DNA of 33,935 nucleotides, from positions 1-33,935 of the IMG/VR virus record IMGVR_UViG_3300017778_005313. One strand, 5' to 3'. Below, in pieces: positions 18,701 to 26,202 of this stretch (its first letter is position 1; each line of letters begins with the position of its first letter). Source of the stretch: a virus. Its lineage: Duplodnaviria > Caudoviricetes. Below the pieces are notes generated by a model, which was not told where the DNA came from, searched no databases, and worked only from the letters and a program-made list of their open reading frames with translations. The position numbers were made by a program, and so were the translations under genes.

Positions 18701-20534
18701 CGACTGACCCGAAGTTAGAGGTGCTATTCGTAAGAGATACAATCCCTCCGTTCAAAGCCCAAGCTCCCACGGCACAGCCAACTGTGTACATTGACTGAGC
18801 TTGCATGTATGCTGCGTTCTTGGCCCGGAAACCAAAGTGACGGAAATCATTGTCTTGATTCACGATACCGAAGCTCTTACCGGCGGAGTTCCCAAGAGTT
18901 TCGTAGTAGTAACGAATATTGGGTATAGGGGTGCTGTTTAACAGATCGAGTTGATCTTGAACCGGTGTCAATGCGACTGAGGTGGGACGAATCGGTGCCG
19001 GGGTCGTAAGGAAAGTTGCAAGAGTTAAGGGCCACCACTTTTGCTCAGTTACCCCCGTATCGGGGTTGGCCAAGGTAGTATAAATCTCGTAGGCGGAGGG
19101 GTCATTCTGTAGGGAGACTACGGTGCAAGAGTTTGAAATCACCGACCTAAACCCCGAAACCACTGATCCGTCGAAATCTCCTCCGCACATACCGTAATTT
19201 GAGCGCACAGTTATGTTGCGCAGGTAAGGCGAAGCGTTGCTGGTTGTGTTAGACGATGTGTTGTCAGGGTAGGGTTCAGAAGTCGGGCCAACCATCACAT
19301 ACTCTGGGCTGCTTACTATGCGCTCGCCGTCAGTGACTTTGCCTCCGAAGTAAGTCGGGAACGCCAACTGAACCTTCGTGTAATAATCAGCCAAATCCGC
19401 CAAACTTGCGAATTCGTAGCCACGAAGGCGATGAGCCGACGAATTAGAGTTTTTAAGGGTTAGGATCAGACCCGTGTGGTTAAGTAGCGAGGGGATGGTG
19501 CTAAACGAAACGTATGCGGAGGTGGGCGACTCTCCCAAGTAGAATTCGAAGGTGTTTATGGGGGTTACATAGTATGACCCGTTTACAAAAGTTCCCGTTG
19601 ATTGGTCAACTGTTGGAGCAAAAGAGGCATAAGTTTGCTCTTCAAAAGTGAAACCGTGCGGGGTTAAAGAAGAGAAAATTGCGGCGCCCGACTCGTCCTG
19701 TCGTATAGAGTCGATGTCGCGAGAGTCAAGTTTATCTCTTACAGTGAAATTATCGTGAAGCAAGTTCCCGGTAAGCCGAAGAACTGACGAGATAGCTTCG
19801 TTCGTTCCGATGTTTGGAGTGCTCGGGTTAATGTAGCTCGGCACGTAGGAGGGGCGAATCTCACACTTTCTCTGGTCCATTGCAACCAGTGAGATGCCGC
19901 GAGGGCAGATAACGCCGCCGTAAGTTTCCGGGTTGAACTGAATTAGGCTGGCGGTTGTTACGTTGCGGTATGACTGGGGGTTTCCGTCGAGGTTGGTTGT
20001 AAAGTTAGCAACAGAGACCCCTGGCTCGTTGTTCGCAACGGCGGCAGACGAAGAGAAGTAGATCGTATACCGGTTGTTACCACTCGACGCGGAGTAACCG
20101 GCTAGAGCATCCTTAATTATTAGTTTACTGAGCTCAAGGATTGCGCGCGTAAGAGTCTGAAAGGGTAGAGCTTGGCCGTCGTTCAGAATTGAGTCCGTTG
20201 AGTACGCAAACTCGGGAGCCCAGAACACAACGTTTCCAGTCCCCCCCAGGTAAGGAGAGGCAATCGCCCGCCACTGGCGCTCAGCGTTACCAACTTCCAG
20301 GGAGCCATCTTCGGTGTTAAACCAGAGTTCTCCGCGCTCGGGAGAACCGGTTGGAGCGTAAGGAAGAACGGCAGTCGGGCCTACCTTGACCGTGTTACCG
20401 TCGGTGGTCTCAAAATAAAGACCTGGTTCTTGTGCGTTGGTGTTTAAGCCGATCTCACCCACCTCTAGGTTAGCAGAGGTCGGTCGTTTGCCCAGGAGGC
20501 TAGAGCGTTTGAAAATTAGTTTTACTGCGGACAT
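15783..20534 (-). CDS. Large virion structural / tail fibre protein with a beta-helix (pectin-lyase-like) core, 1583 aa
   Basis: KRSS..GKRP N-terminus, PFQTLTRA, PRGISLV..D.RK..IRP.YVP, SPY...TVRS.YGMCG...DG, SLTNSTSNFG, and three C-terminal F.G....F....LG...Q.P...Y....S.I.F...P..G repeats, as I recall from cyanophage structural proteins. Confidence 0.75.
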   Translation of the reverse strand: MSAVKLIFKRSSLLGKRPTSANLEVGEIGLNTNAQEPGLYFETTDGNTVKVGPTAVLPYAPTGSPERGELWFNTEDGSLEVGNAERQWRAIASPYLGGTGNVVFWAPEFAYSTDSILNDGQALPFQTLTRAILELSKLIIKDALAGYSASSGNNRYTIYFSSSAAVANNEPGVSVANFTTNLDGNPQSYRNVTTASLIQFNPETYGGVICPRGISLVAMDQRKCEIRPSYVPSYINPSTPNIGTNEAISSVLRLTGNLLHDNFTVRDKLDSRDIDSIRQDESGAAIFSSLTPHGFTFEEQTYASFAPTVDQSTGTFVNGSYYVTPINTFEFYLGESPTSAYVSFSTIPSLLNHTGLILTLKNSNSSAHRLRGYEFASLADLADYYTKVQLAFPTYFGGKVTDGERIVSSPEYVMVGPTSEPYPDNTSSNTTSNASPYLRNITVRSNYGMCGGDFDGSVVSGFRSVISNSCTVVSLQNDPSAYEIYTTLANPDTGVTEQKWWPLTLATFLTTPAPIRPTSVALTPVQDQLDLLNSTPIPNIRYYYETLGNSAGKSFGIVNQDNDFRHFGFRAKNAAYMQAQSMYTVGCAVGAWALNGGIVSLTNSTSNFGSVAIKAEGFNGISTIGGAYPNGRGFLFEGIQNPLALSQPQVEDSRNKEILTLGSRIVSVSQETGNEGIQILTLSSTFSPCFLLPYSLKPGSAIWVATDACTYRAFLATDGGPTVRPNPGNSSQSQLRVRSSDSTVPTDPDLITSLGIPYIRRFIDPRNNFDRTYSFMVRNTNSSAVAPQVGSVLRLNQTSQALGAATLRPNVQLDPGNLGGWGRVFTVNNVVTGSLGASPQFNYVISDNNQDITYYLSVTASDYDRPWLQVPHQATGTYTTFQNRNWYSAENNLWDSVYYQTDFTETIGPEKIAPIEPCSPFVTTSPLERQELISLTYQGEYAPDPLTIYPDPTVYDDLTYFRGATSPYSSYPVQNYYDDDDSSDSMGMCLKNYVPLNSVNTQTVTVPTVVQTGQSASLAQRYRPSVIQFSVLSSIDIPNPKQTVVVLRLGTEFTGFEYVRVISLLGSQVQAIRLNGTNSFYPDPYTLAAPIVWPVGTRVTPCLTNTTPHAAAYDPDWSPTKYSIFRFFEVMGYQNSVMTGYLGPRFWGERQFLINSMPATPANGYATVTGQWPLEFNEPSTVIANTHTWFNSGYLDYSRGLPQYQTTELPRKLMADFQATSVWSGRISITGVDNKGQIVLLGPEVEGLTSQLYSQSETTTNVTNQELYEQQPYVQFPNQVVVFSVDNVSSQFNGSKRVFDFTRGGLVVPPSQLNSQSVIVNLGAVVQAPEINYTLVGSSIVFSDAPMAGTVCDIRVITTEDNESTLVVVPLTFNEPFDGSRGSFTATSTANISTLDITLGNTFMFLGGVEQIPGSGASYSLTRTSPTEVQFTFLGEVPPTGTTLNLIAVCSGTYWTTRTLKPVAVYSLDTIAPFFDGAVTQFALTAGGVPLNPNVVNAENLFVSLGGAMQLPTVSYTVTGSTITFVEPPLEGTTSNLRIVTNAEFITCPQPGYGAEIQQWGLPLTQIVLGEALNQINDFTLQG

Positions 20535-20580
20535 TGCGCTGAAGAGCGATTGAAGCCGTATGAAGATACGGGTGAATCAA

Positions 20581-20588
20581 TTTTACCC
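20581..20588 (-). promoter_or_regulatory. GGGTAAAA motif (candidate late promoter)
   Basis: 46 nt upstream of ATG 20534, in intergenic DNA. Confidence 0.6.
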
Positions 20589-20670
20589 TTTCCACGCACG
20601 TCCGAGTTGTTATTCAGCGCCAGGTAGCTTCGGCCCCATTGCTCATAAGAACAGCGGGTGTAATAATTTT

Positions 20671-20835
20671 TTATAAGTAGGCCATTCCAATCTTGACGTC
20701 GGGGTCAATCTCGCCTTTGTTTGCCAGGGCCATGGCGGCATCTAGCAGCCTAAGTGACTCCTGGGCCTTGTCAGGATCGCGGCGAATGTCCTTGTATTTT
20801 GCCATTAAAGCTTGGTATTTTTGGGTGTCGGTCAT
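20671..20835 (-). CDS. 54-aa helical protein coupled to the kinase gene; candidate immunity/inhibitor protein
   Basis: Below the ORF-track cutoff. ATG overlaps the kinase stop (TAATG at 20833-20837): MTDTQKYQALMAKYKDIRRDPDKAQESLRLLDAAMALANKGEIDPDVKIGMAYL*. The function is inferred. Confidence 0.75.
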   Translation of the reverse strand: MTDTQKYQALMAKYKDIRRDPDKAQESLRLLDAAMALANKGEIDPDVKIGMAYL

Positions 20836-22745
20836 TAGATCCCGTCGTATAAGAGGTTGATTGCTTGGAGGGCGTCGCTGTCATTTAGCTTGTTAAACCC
20901 TGCCTTAGTTATGTAGTCGGTTGGAGGTTGTCGTATTCCAATCGTCATCACGTTGGCGATCTCGTCGTCGGTGAGGTTCTTACCGCGAAGAAAGGGTAGG
21001 ACCCTGGTCTTATGGTTTCTCTCCATTCGTTTCAGGTTGCTAGGGGCGTTGGGTAGGACCTGCCCCTCCCTGTTGCCGGTCTCTCTTTCCCACCTAGTTC
21101 CCTGCCAGTCGCCGGAACTCCCGCCAACAGAACCCACCGGCTTGCGAAGAACTCCGAGAGCCTCGGCGAGGGCTGCCCCCGGGTGGTCGTGGGCAAGACC
21201 CAGGTCCACCCATCTTCCTTTGCCGGTTTCGTCGATCATTAGATTTCGAATGTGCGTATCATTATGCGCCACACCGAGCCGATGTAAATCGGCCCTGGCT
21301 TTCCAGTACGCGTCTCCGGTCGTAGTGTTTCCGATCTTAGTGTCGCTTGCCCTGTTTCCTAGCTCCTTTCCTGGTACAACCGTCATGGCGATTCGTCCTT
21401 GCTTTAATTTTACACCGTGTTCGACCGTCCCGCCCTTTGCAGTCTCACCCGCAATTAGGTTGGGGCCAAGACCGGCTTTTCCTACTTTTTCGATTATAAG
21501 AGCTTCTTTTGAACTAACTTCCCCCCTCTTTACCGCCACCGGTGGGGGTCCTTTCGCAAGTAATACGACGCCGAAAGACCCCTCACCCAGCTTTTTCGTG
21601 CCGGATTTGCTAGTTTCGTTCCAGTCGTAAGTGCCTCCCTGGCGATCGGCGGGGGTGAATGTGGAGTCGAAATCTTTTGCATTTATCTTGGCCCACTTAG
21701 TGTTTGCGGAGACTTTAGTAATGGGTTCGGTTTTTTCCGTTTTCTTTACTCCTGTTCGTTTTAACAGTTCTCGCTCTATTCGATCAATCTCCATTTGATG
21801 AATCACCCCGGGCTGGCCAGTTTTGTCCCCCATTCCTTTCAGCATGGATAGATGTTCCTGCAGGATTGCTTTGCCCCACCGTCCGTATCTGGAGTCCGGC
21901 TTGGAGTCCGGCTTCGCCGCCGCTTCTGCTCCCCGCCGTTTCAGTTCTGCATCGGCTTTTTTGAGATTTCTTTCGCCACCCCCTCTCTCAGCCAGGAAAT
22001 CGCGGTGCTTCCTTAGCTCGTCGGTTTTCCAAGCGCCGTACAAGCTATCCGGTCTAGCGGAAACCGGTTCAACCGGTTTCATTGCAGCTACTATTTTAGC
22101 TTTGAAAGCGTCCATGGCTTGAGTGAGTTCTCCCGCTTTTGGTGCTTTTGCAAGGTTCGGGTTTACGTCTATTAGCCGTTCCGGTTTAGCTGCTCGCTTC
22201 GCCACTTCTTTTTCAATGCGAGCGAGGGCAGCTTCTTGGTTTTTACGATTGGGGCCTTCCGGGTTTTCGGCCACTAGCTTTTTGCCTTTTTCTAGCTGTT
22301 TTTTGAGGTGGTTAGTTGCAAACGGCACCATAGCGGGGTCGGCTGATTCTTCTGCTTTTCGCTTGGGGGTTACCGCCTGGGGGTCTTTCGCCGCAATTTC
22401 CTTTAACTCTTTTCTTAAGCCCGATTGGGGGGGTTCAGCGCTGTCCGGTTTTCTTTTCGGTAGCAGACCTTCTTCCTGCAAACGTTTCTTCATCTCGTCT
22501 GCCTTGGGGCCCTTTACAATATTGCCCCCCATCTCCCCCCGAATGTCAGCACGAATCTCTCGCAGTCGTTCAACCCCTTTTTCTCCCGCATATTTCCTAA
22601 CCGCTTTCTTGAGGCTGGCTGCGCCGATTTCCCCCGTTGCGGCATTTAATGCTTTCCCTATAGCGGACGGGAGGTTTACGCGACAGGTTTTACTGTTTGA
22701 AATGTGGGATGCACCGCAAGGTTTTCCGTTTCCGCGTCTCGCCAT
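20835..22745 (-). CDS. Multidomain protein with a C-terminal protein-kinase-like domain (atypical Ser/Thr kinase, RIO/Bud32/ABC1-like catalytic loop)
   Basis: Gly-rich loop LGEGSFGVV, VAVK lysine, helix-C Glu (SKEA), hinge IAMTVVPG, catalytic loop LHRLGVAHNDTHIRN and Mg-binding WVDLG. N-terminal PCGxxxISxxxxCR motif and a long Lys/Arg-rich helical region. Confidence 0.85.
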   Translation of the reverse strand: MARRGNGKPCGASHISNSKTCRVNLPSAIGKALNAATGEIGAASLKKAVRKYAGEKGVERLREIRADIRGEMGGNIVKGPKADEMKKRLQEEGLLPKRKPDSAEPPQSGLRKELKEIAAKDPQAVTPKRKAEESADPAMVPFATNHLKKQLEKGKKLVAENPEGPNRKNQEAALARIEKEVAKRAAKPERLIDVNPNLAKAPKAGELTQAMDAFKAKIVAAMKPVEPVSARPDSLYGAWKTDELRKHRDFLAERGGGERNLKKADAELKRRGAEAAAKPDSKPDSRYGRWGKAILQEHLSMLKGMGDKTGQPGVIHQMEIDRIERELLKRTGVKKTEKTEPITKVSANTKWAKINAKDFDSTFTPADRQGGTYDWNETSKSGTKKLGEGSFGVVLLAKGPPPVAVKRGEVSSKEALIIEKVGKAGLGPNLIAGETAKGGTVEHGVKLKQGRIAMTVVPGKELGNRASDTKIGNTTTGDAYWKARADLHRLGVAHNDTHIRNLMIDETGKGRWVDLGLAHDHPGAALAEALGVLRKPVGSVGGSSGDWQGTRWERETGNREGQVLPNAPSNLKRMERNHKTRVLPFLRGKNLTDDEIANVMTIGIRQPPTDYITKAGFNKLNDSDALQAINLLYDGI

Positions 22746-22749
22746 GGTT

Positions 22750-23268
22750 TCAACCCTCCAGGTTCAATGAGTACTGATTTAGTTTGGCCTCGAGTTCAGC
22801 AATTTTGCCACCGAGTTCAACCATCTCGGAGTAGGAGTCGTCCCGGTCGTAAGTACGATCGTAATCGTCCATCTGCTTCCGACCTAAGTCAAGTACGGCC
22901 ATTTTAGCGTCGAGAGCCTCTTTCCGTTTGATCAACTCTTTAATCTCTTTCATTTGAGACTGCAGACCCCGAAAGTTTCCGCGCATACGGGAGACTTTCA
23001 TCTCTTGTTGAAGAGAGTCGATGCGCAAATCCAGTTCACTTTCCTGGGAGGCAAGGTCATTGTATTCGCCGCCATCGCGGGTGTTGCGGGGAAGAAGCTC
23101 ACCGAACCGTGAGTTAATCACGGAAGTTTGCTCGGGCTCCATCACAGTGCCACGCATGTAATCAGTGGGAGCATGGGAGAAGTCATAGTCGACCGTCTTA
23201 TGCCCACGCTCAGAATAGATTAAGTGGGCAGCTTCAATCGCTTTGGGATCGATGTTATCCGTTCGCAT
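22750..23268 (-). CDS. Hypothetical coiled-coil protein
   Basis: 172 aa with heptad-rich helices and YSE motifs; GGGTAAAA upstream. Confidence 0.75.
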   Translation of the reverse strand: MRTDNIDPKAIEAAHLIYSERGHKTVDYDFSHAPTDYMRGTVMEPEQTSVINSRFGELLPRNTRDGGEYNDLASQESELDLRIDSLQQEMKVSRMRGNFRGLQSQMKEIKELIKRKEALDAKMAVLDLGRKQMDDYDRTYDRDDSYSEMVELGGKIAELEAKLNQYSLNLEG

Positions 23269-23295
23269 GACAGGATGGAAACATTACATAACGAG

Positions 23296-23303
23296 TTTTA
23301 CCC
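23296..23303 (-). promoter_or_regulatory. GGGTAAAA motif (candidate late promoter)
   Basis: 27 nt upstream of ATG 23268; would also drive the kinase gene and the 54-aa gene. Confidence 0.65.
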
Positions 23304-23306
23304 TTG

Positions 23307-23930
23307 TTACGTCCAACTTTTACCTTGATCCATTTTACCAAGATTTTTCCGACCTTGTTCAACAACCTGCTGTGTATTTGAGCCCATTCCGCGCTGGGCG
23401 GCGGCATTACCACCCCCGGCTTTATAAGCAGAGCGATCGGCAACAGATAGTGCGATCCCGGCAACTGAGCGGTCGTGACTCGACAGGGCAGGATCATTCG
23501 CCTTTTGAGTAAGTTTCTGAGCAGCAGATTGCGACTTGGAGGGCGCAGCGGCAGTTTTAGCAGCGGGTTGTTTGGGGCCAACTTTTTTGTCGCCAGCGAC
23601 AGACCCCCACTCAACCATGACGGGTTTACCGCCTTTCATGGCCCAACCCATCTTTTTATTCCCCACTGCAACCTGTTTGTTGTTCTTAAACTCGGAACCT
23701 TGCTTTTTAGCTTCGGCTTCGGCGCCTTCCTCTTGAGAGGTTTTTTTGCTGCTATCGAAATCTTTCTCGCCTGAGCCACCAACTTTACGGCATACACCAA
23801 AAACCATCTTCTCACCTTTGGGGCAAGCGTCGGGAGCAGGGGCAGCATCGGCGAAGCTCCAGTCAACGATGCGATAGTCAACACCTTCTACAAGGTGGTC
23901 CACGGAGGGAAGATTAAAATTGCTTTGCAT
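23307..23930 (-). CDS. Lys/Ala/Gly-rich hypothetical protein, possible capsid-internal protein
   Basis: Start adjusted to ATG 23930; acidic leader ending WSFAD, then a C-x10-CR motif and a basic body. Confidence 0.7.
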   Translation of the reverse strand: MQSNFNLPSVDHLVEGVDYRIVDWSFADAAPAPDACPKGEKMVFGVCRKVGGSGEKDFDSSKKTSQEEGAEAEAKKQGSEFKNNKQVAVGNKKMGWAMKGGKPVMVEWGSVAGDKKVGPKQPAAKTAAAPSKSQSAAQKLTQKANDPALSSHDRSVAGIALSVADRSAYKAGGGNAAAQRGMGSNTQQVVEQGRKNLGKMDQGKSWT

Positions 23931-23935
23931 GATAA

Positions 23936-24247
23936 TTACCACAAAAATTTGTTCGCCCAGTAAGCACCAGATTGCGGGCCACGGGCAATGTTTTTTTGAT
24001 GTCGAGATTTGAAGTTGGCTCTTCTCGCTTTCTTCTCGTCAGACTCATTTTCTTTGGGCGCACCAGCCGTTGTCATGTTTGCATCGCCAAAGCGAATAAG
24101 TTTCTCTTTGCCGCCTCCGCAGTATTTCACGACGGCTTTTTTATCACCGTGACGCTCCATTTTGGGCTTATTGCAAGGCATGTTTGCTTTTTCTGCGTAG
24201 GCTGTGTAAAACTCTGCCAGTAAGTCCTCCGGAAATGAGCCCCACAT
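23936..24247 (-). CDS. Small basic viral protein, DUF5754-like
   Basis: KK..V......K.IRFG..........ARR.NF..RH.......S.AYWA...LW pattern. Confidence 0.7.
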   Translation of the reverse strand: MWGSFPEDLLAEFYTAYAEKANMPCNKPKMERHGDKKAVVKYCGGGKEKLIRFGDANMTTAGAPKENESDEKKARRANFKSRHQKNIARGPQSGAYWANKFLW

Positions 24248-24810
24248 TAGCCTTCCTCCCCGAAACGAATGTAGTCTCCAACGCTAGCAAGAGCAACGCC
24301 CGCGTTCGCAATTTTGGTAGCTGCCCAGGGCGGAAGATTGTCTTCCGGAGTGAGTTCATCGAGCATCAGCTGAATCTTTTCCTTAGCTACTTTCAGTTGA
24401 GTAATTACCATGCCGCCGTTATTCTCCTCGGACTGCAGTATTTCAGAGTACGAGTCGTTTGGAGCTGCCATCCTTGACAGAGTGGTGCTGTTGTTGAGCT
24501 CCCTGATGACGGTGTCTCGGGGCATCCGAACGGGTACACCTTCTTTCATCTGAGGGTTCTTCAAGTCTCCTTCACCGGCAACCGGCGTTTTGGGGAGATA
24601 GTTCGATGTCATCTCCGTGGTTGAAATATCACCTTCATTGTGTTTGGAGTCAATTTTAACGCAGTCGTCAACAGTCCTGCCACCTTTCTTCTTTGTGCCC
24701 GCCAGCTTGTACCCCTTCCAACAAGCTTTCCCGTCAAGTCCTTTCATTTTTTCAACAAACTCGGCGGAGTAGAGACCCGCCAGTCTATCCCAATCGTAGG
24801 AATAAATCAT
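24247..24810 (-). CDS. Hypothetical two-motif phage protein
   Basis: CWKGYK..GTKKKGG.TV..CVK motif plus a C-terminal M...QL.......M........L.PW...KI..A...L..V.DY helical hairpin; I recognise both from large-phage head-region proteins. Confidence 0.75.
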   Translation of the reverse strand: MIYSYDWDRLAGLYSAEFVEKMKGLDGKACWKGYKLAGTKKKGGRTVDDCVKIDSKHNEGDISTTEMTSNYLPKTPVAGEGDLKNPQMKEGVPVRMPRDTVIRELNNSTTLSRMAAPNDSYSEILQSEENNGGMVITQLKVAKEKIQLMLDELTPEDNLPPWAATKIANAGVALASVGDYIRFGEEG

Positions 24811-25079
24811 TGCCGCCCCTCAGTGTGTCTCCACAGGGTGAAATCGTTTTCAATACGCTCGACTTTATCGGATAGTCGGATATGCTCTGACTTTAGAGTG
24901 TACTTCTCGGGGAGGTCTGCTCTCATGTCGTTTAACGCCACTTCCATACGCTCCATGTGTAGGATGATCGCTGCAAAACGTTGATCTATGCGCTGACCAT
25001 TACGGTCTAGGAAGTAGCCTAAACCACCAACGGTCGTAACAACGCTAGCGATGAGGCCAAAAATGATGTCGATTCCCAT
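24807..25079 (-). CDS. Membrane-anchored coiled-coil protein (holin-like?)
   Basis: N-terminal hydrophobic helix IIFGLIASVVTTVGGLGYFL, then a coiled coil with LPEKY.LK.E. Confidence 0.65.
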   Translation of the reverse strand: MGIDIIFGLIASVVTTVGGLGYFLDRNGQRIDQRFAAIILHMERMEVALNDMRADLPEKYTLKSEHIRLSDKVERIENDFTLWRHTEGRQ

Positions 25080-25082
25080 GAC

Positions 25083-25790
25083 TTACTCCGGAAGACCTGA
25101 ACTACCGCCGGCCAACCTGTCTTTTACGGACTGGGGAAGGCCACTCTCCCATCCGTTTTTCTTAGCGATGCGAATAATGCTAGCCATAATCTTGCGGGGT
25201 TTTTTACCGCGTCCAACCGAAGACCAGGCCGCTGCTACATCTTCAGGAGAAGAGATTGGAAACGACATCTCAGGGCCAGCGAATTCGCCTTGGAACTCAC
25301 CTTTACCGAGCTCTTCGCGTTTTTTCGCCGACCATTCTCTAAACTCAGTCTCTTTTCTTTTTTTATCGCGACAAACCGGACAAGTGTCACCGCATTTGCA
25401 CTCAGCCATGGCGAACGGTTGGGGCATTGACAGCATCTCGCTGTCTTGCGAATCCCCCTCTGAAAAACCGTACTCGGCTTTTTTCATCTCCTTGAAAGAC
25501 GCCATTCGGGCTTTCTTGCGAGCGAAAATTTCTTTCATCGCGTCTCCACCTTCGCACTGATCGCAATACGAACGATTTACGAGACCCGCCCGTTTTTCGC
25601 GTTGGGTAGCGTTGGCTTTGAGGAGGTTTTCGTTGTGGTGAGAGAGCCCACCGGTGACGTCGGGGCTCCACTTGTGGCCCCCCTTGTTTAGTTGGTTCAA
25701 ACGCTCAACGCTCATGGCGTTAGAGGCGTTTAGACTCCCCCCAACTCCGGGGAGAGTCACGTCAGAAAAGTTGAGAGATGCCCCGTACAT
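25083..25790 (-). CDS. Hypothetical head-region protein with a Cys cluster and a conserved-type C-terminal domain
   Basis: CKCGDTCPVC cluster; C-terminal SFPI....DV.AAW..VGR...P......I.RIAK..G....LP motif that I recall from phage head/protease-associated proteins. Confidence 0.75.
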   Translation of the reverse strand: MYGASLNFSDVTLPGVGGSLNASNAMSVERLNQLNKGGHKWSPDVTGGLSHHNENLLKANATQREKRAGLVNRSYCDQCEGGDAMKEIFARKKARMASFKEMKKAEYGFSEGDSQDSEMLSMPQPFAMAECKCGDTCPVCRDKKRKETEFREWSAKKREELGKGEFQGEFAGPEMSFPISSPEDVAAAWSSVGRGKKPRKIMASIIRIAKKNGWESGLPQSVKDRLAGGSSGLPE

Positions 25791-25812
25791 ATCAGCGGTT
25801 ACAGCTGATGAT

Positions 25813-25820
25813 TTTTACCC
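25813..25820 (-). promoter_or_regulatory. GGGTAAAA motif (candidate late promoter)
   Basis: 22 nt upstream of ATG 25790; doubles as the Gly-stop of 25815..26165. Confidence 0.65.
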
Positions 25821-26165
25821 TTCCTCAGCCAGAAGTTCTTCAACAAGAGCGTCAATCTCTTCCTCGCTAAGTTCTTCGTAGATCTCTTCCTCGTCCTCTT
25901 CTCCGTCCTCGTCCTCTTCCGCAGTATAATACTCTCGGGGGTTGAAAGGTTGATTGGGTTGAAAGTCGCGAGATAGGCCGTCGTTTGCCTTCCACAACCC
26001 GGTGTGTTGGATCCAAGGAGAGGTGTTGCTAATGTTTTCGGTTGGAAGACCGGTGCGTGCGTCAATGTCGTGGTCTTCCGGATTTTGCATCTGATCCGCG
26101 TAGGCTACGCGAAAGGCGTTCAGTGCGTCGTAATCGAAGTCTCCGCCGAGTCTTGAGGTGCTCAT
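25815..26165 (-). CDS. Highly acidic hypothetical protein (scaffold-like tail)
   Basis: 116 aa ending EEDEDGEEDEEEIYEELSEEEIDALVEELLAEEG. Confidence 0.75.
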   Translation of the reverse strand: MSTSRLGGDFDYDALNAFRVAYADQMQNPEDHDIDARTGLPTENISNTSPWIQHTGLWKANDGLSRDFQPNQPFNPREYYTAEEDEDGEEDEEEIYEELSEEEIDALVEELLAEEG

Positions 26166-26192
26166 TCGCTAGTTGTTGTGTGACTGTAGGTG

Positions 26193-26200
26193 TTTTACCC
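26193..26200 (-). promoter_or_regulatory. GGGTAAAA motif (candidate late promoter)
   Basis: 27 nt upstream of ATG 26165; the context CTGAGCGGGTAAAAC is identical to the copy at 27827. Confidence 0.65.
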
Positions 26201-26202
26201 GC

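Noticed and set aside
20953-22770. Long + strand ORFs (225, 99 and 215 aa) opposite the kinase gene
   Set aside because: Ser/Phe/Leu-rich antisense shadows of a Lys/Glu-rich gene, with no recognisable motifs or upstream signal.
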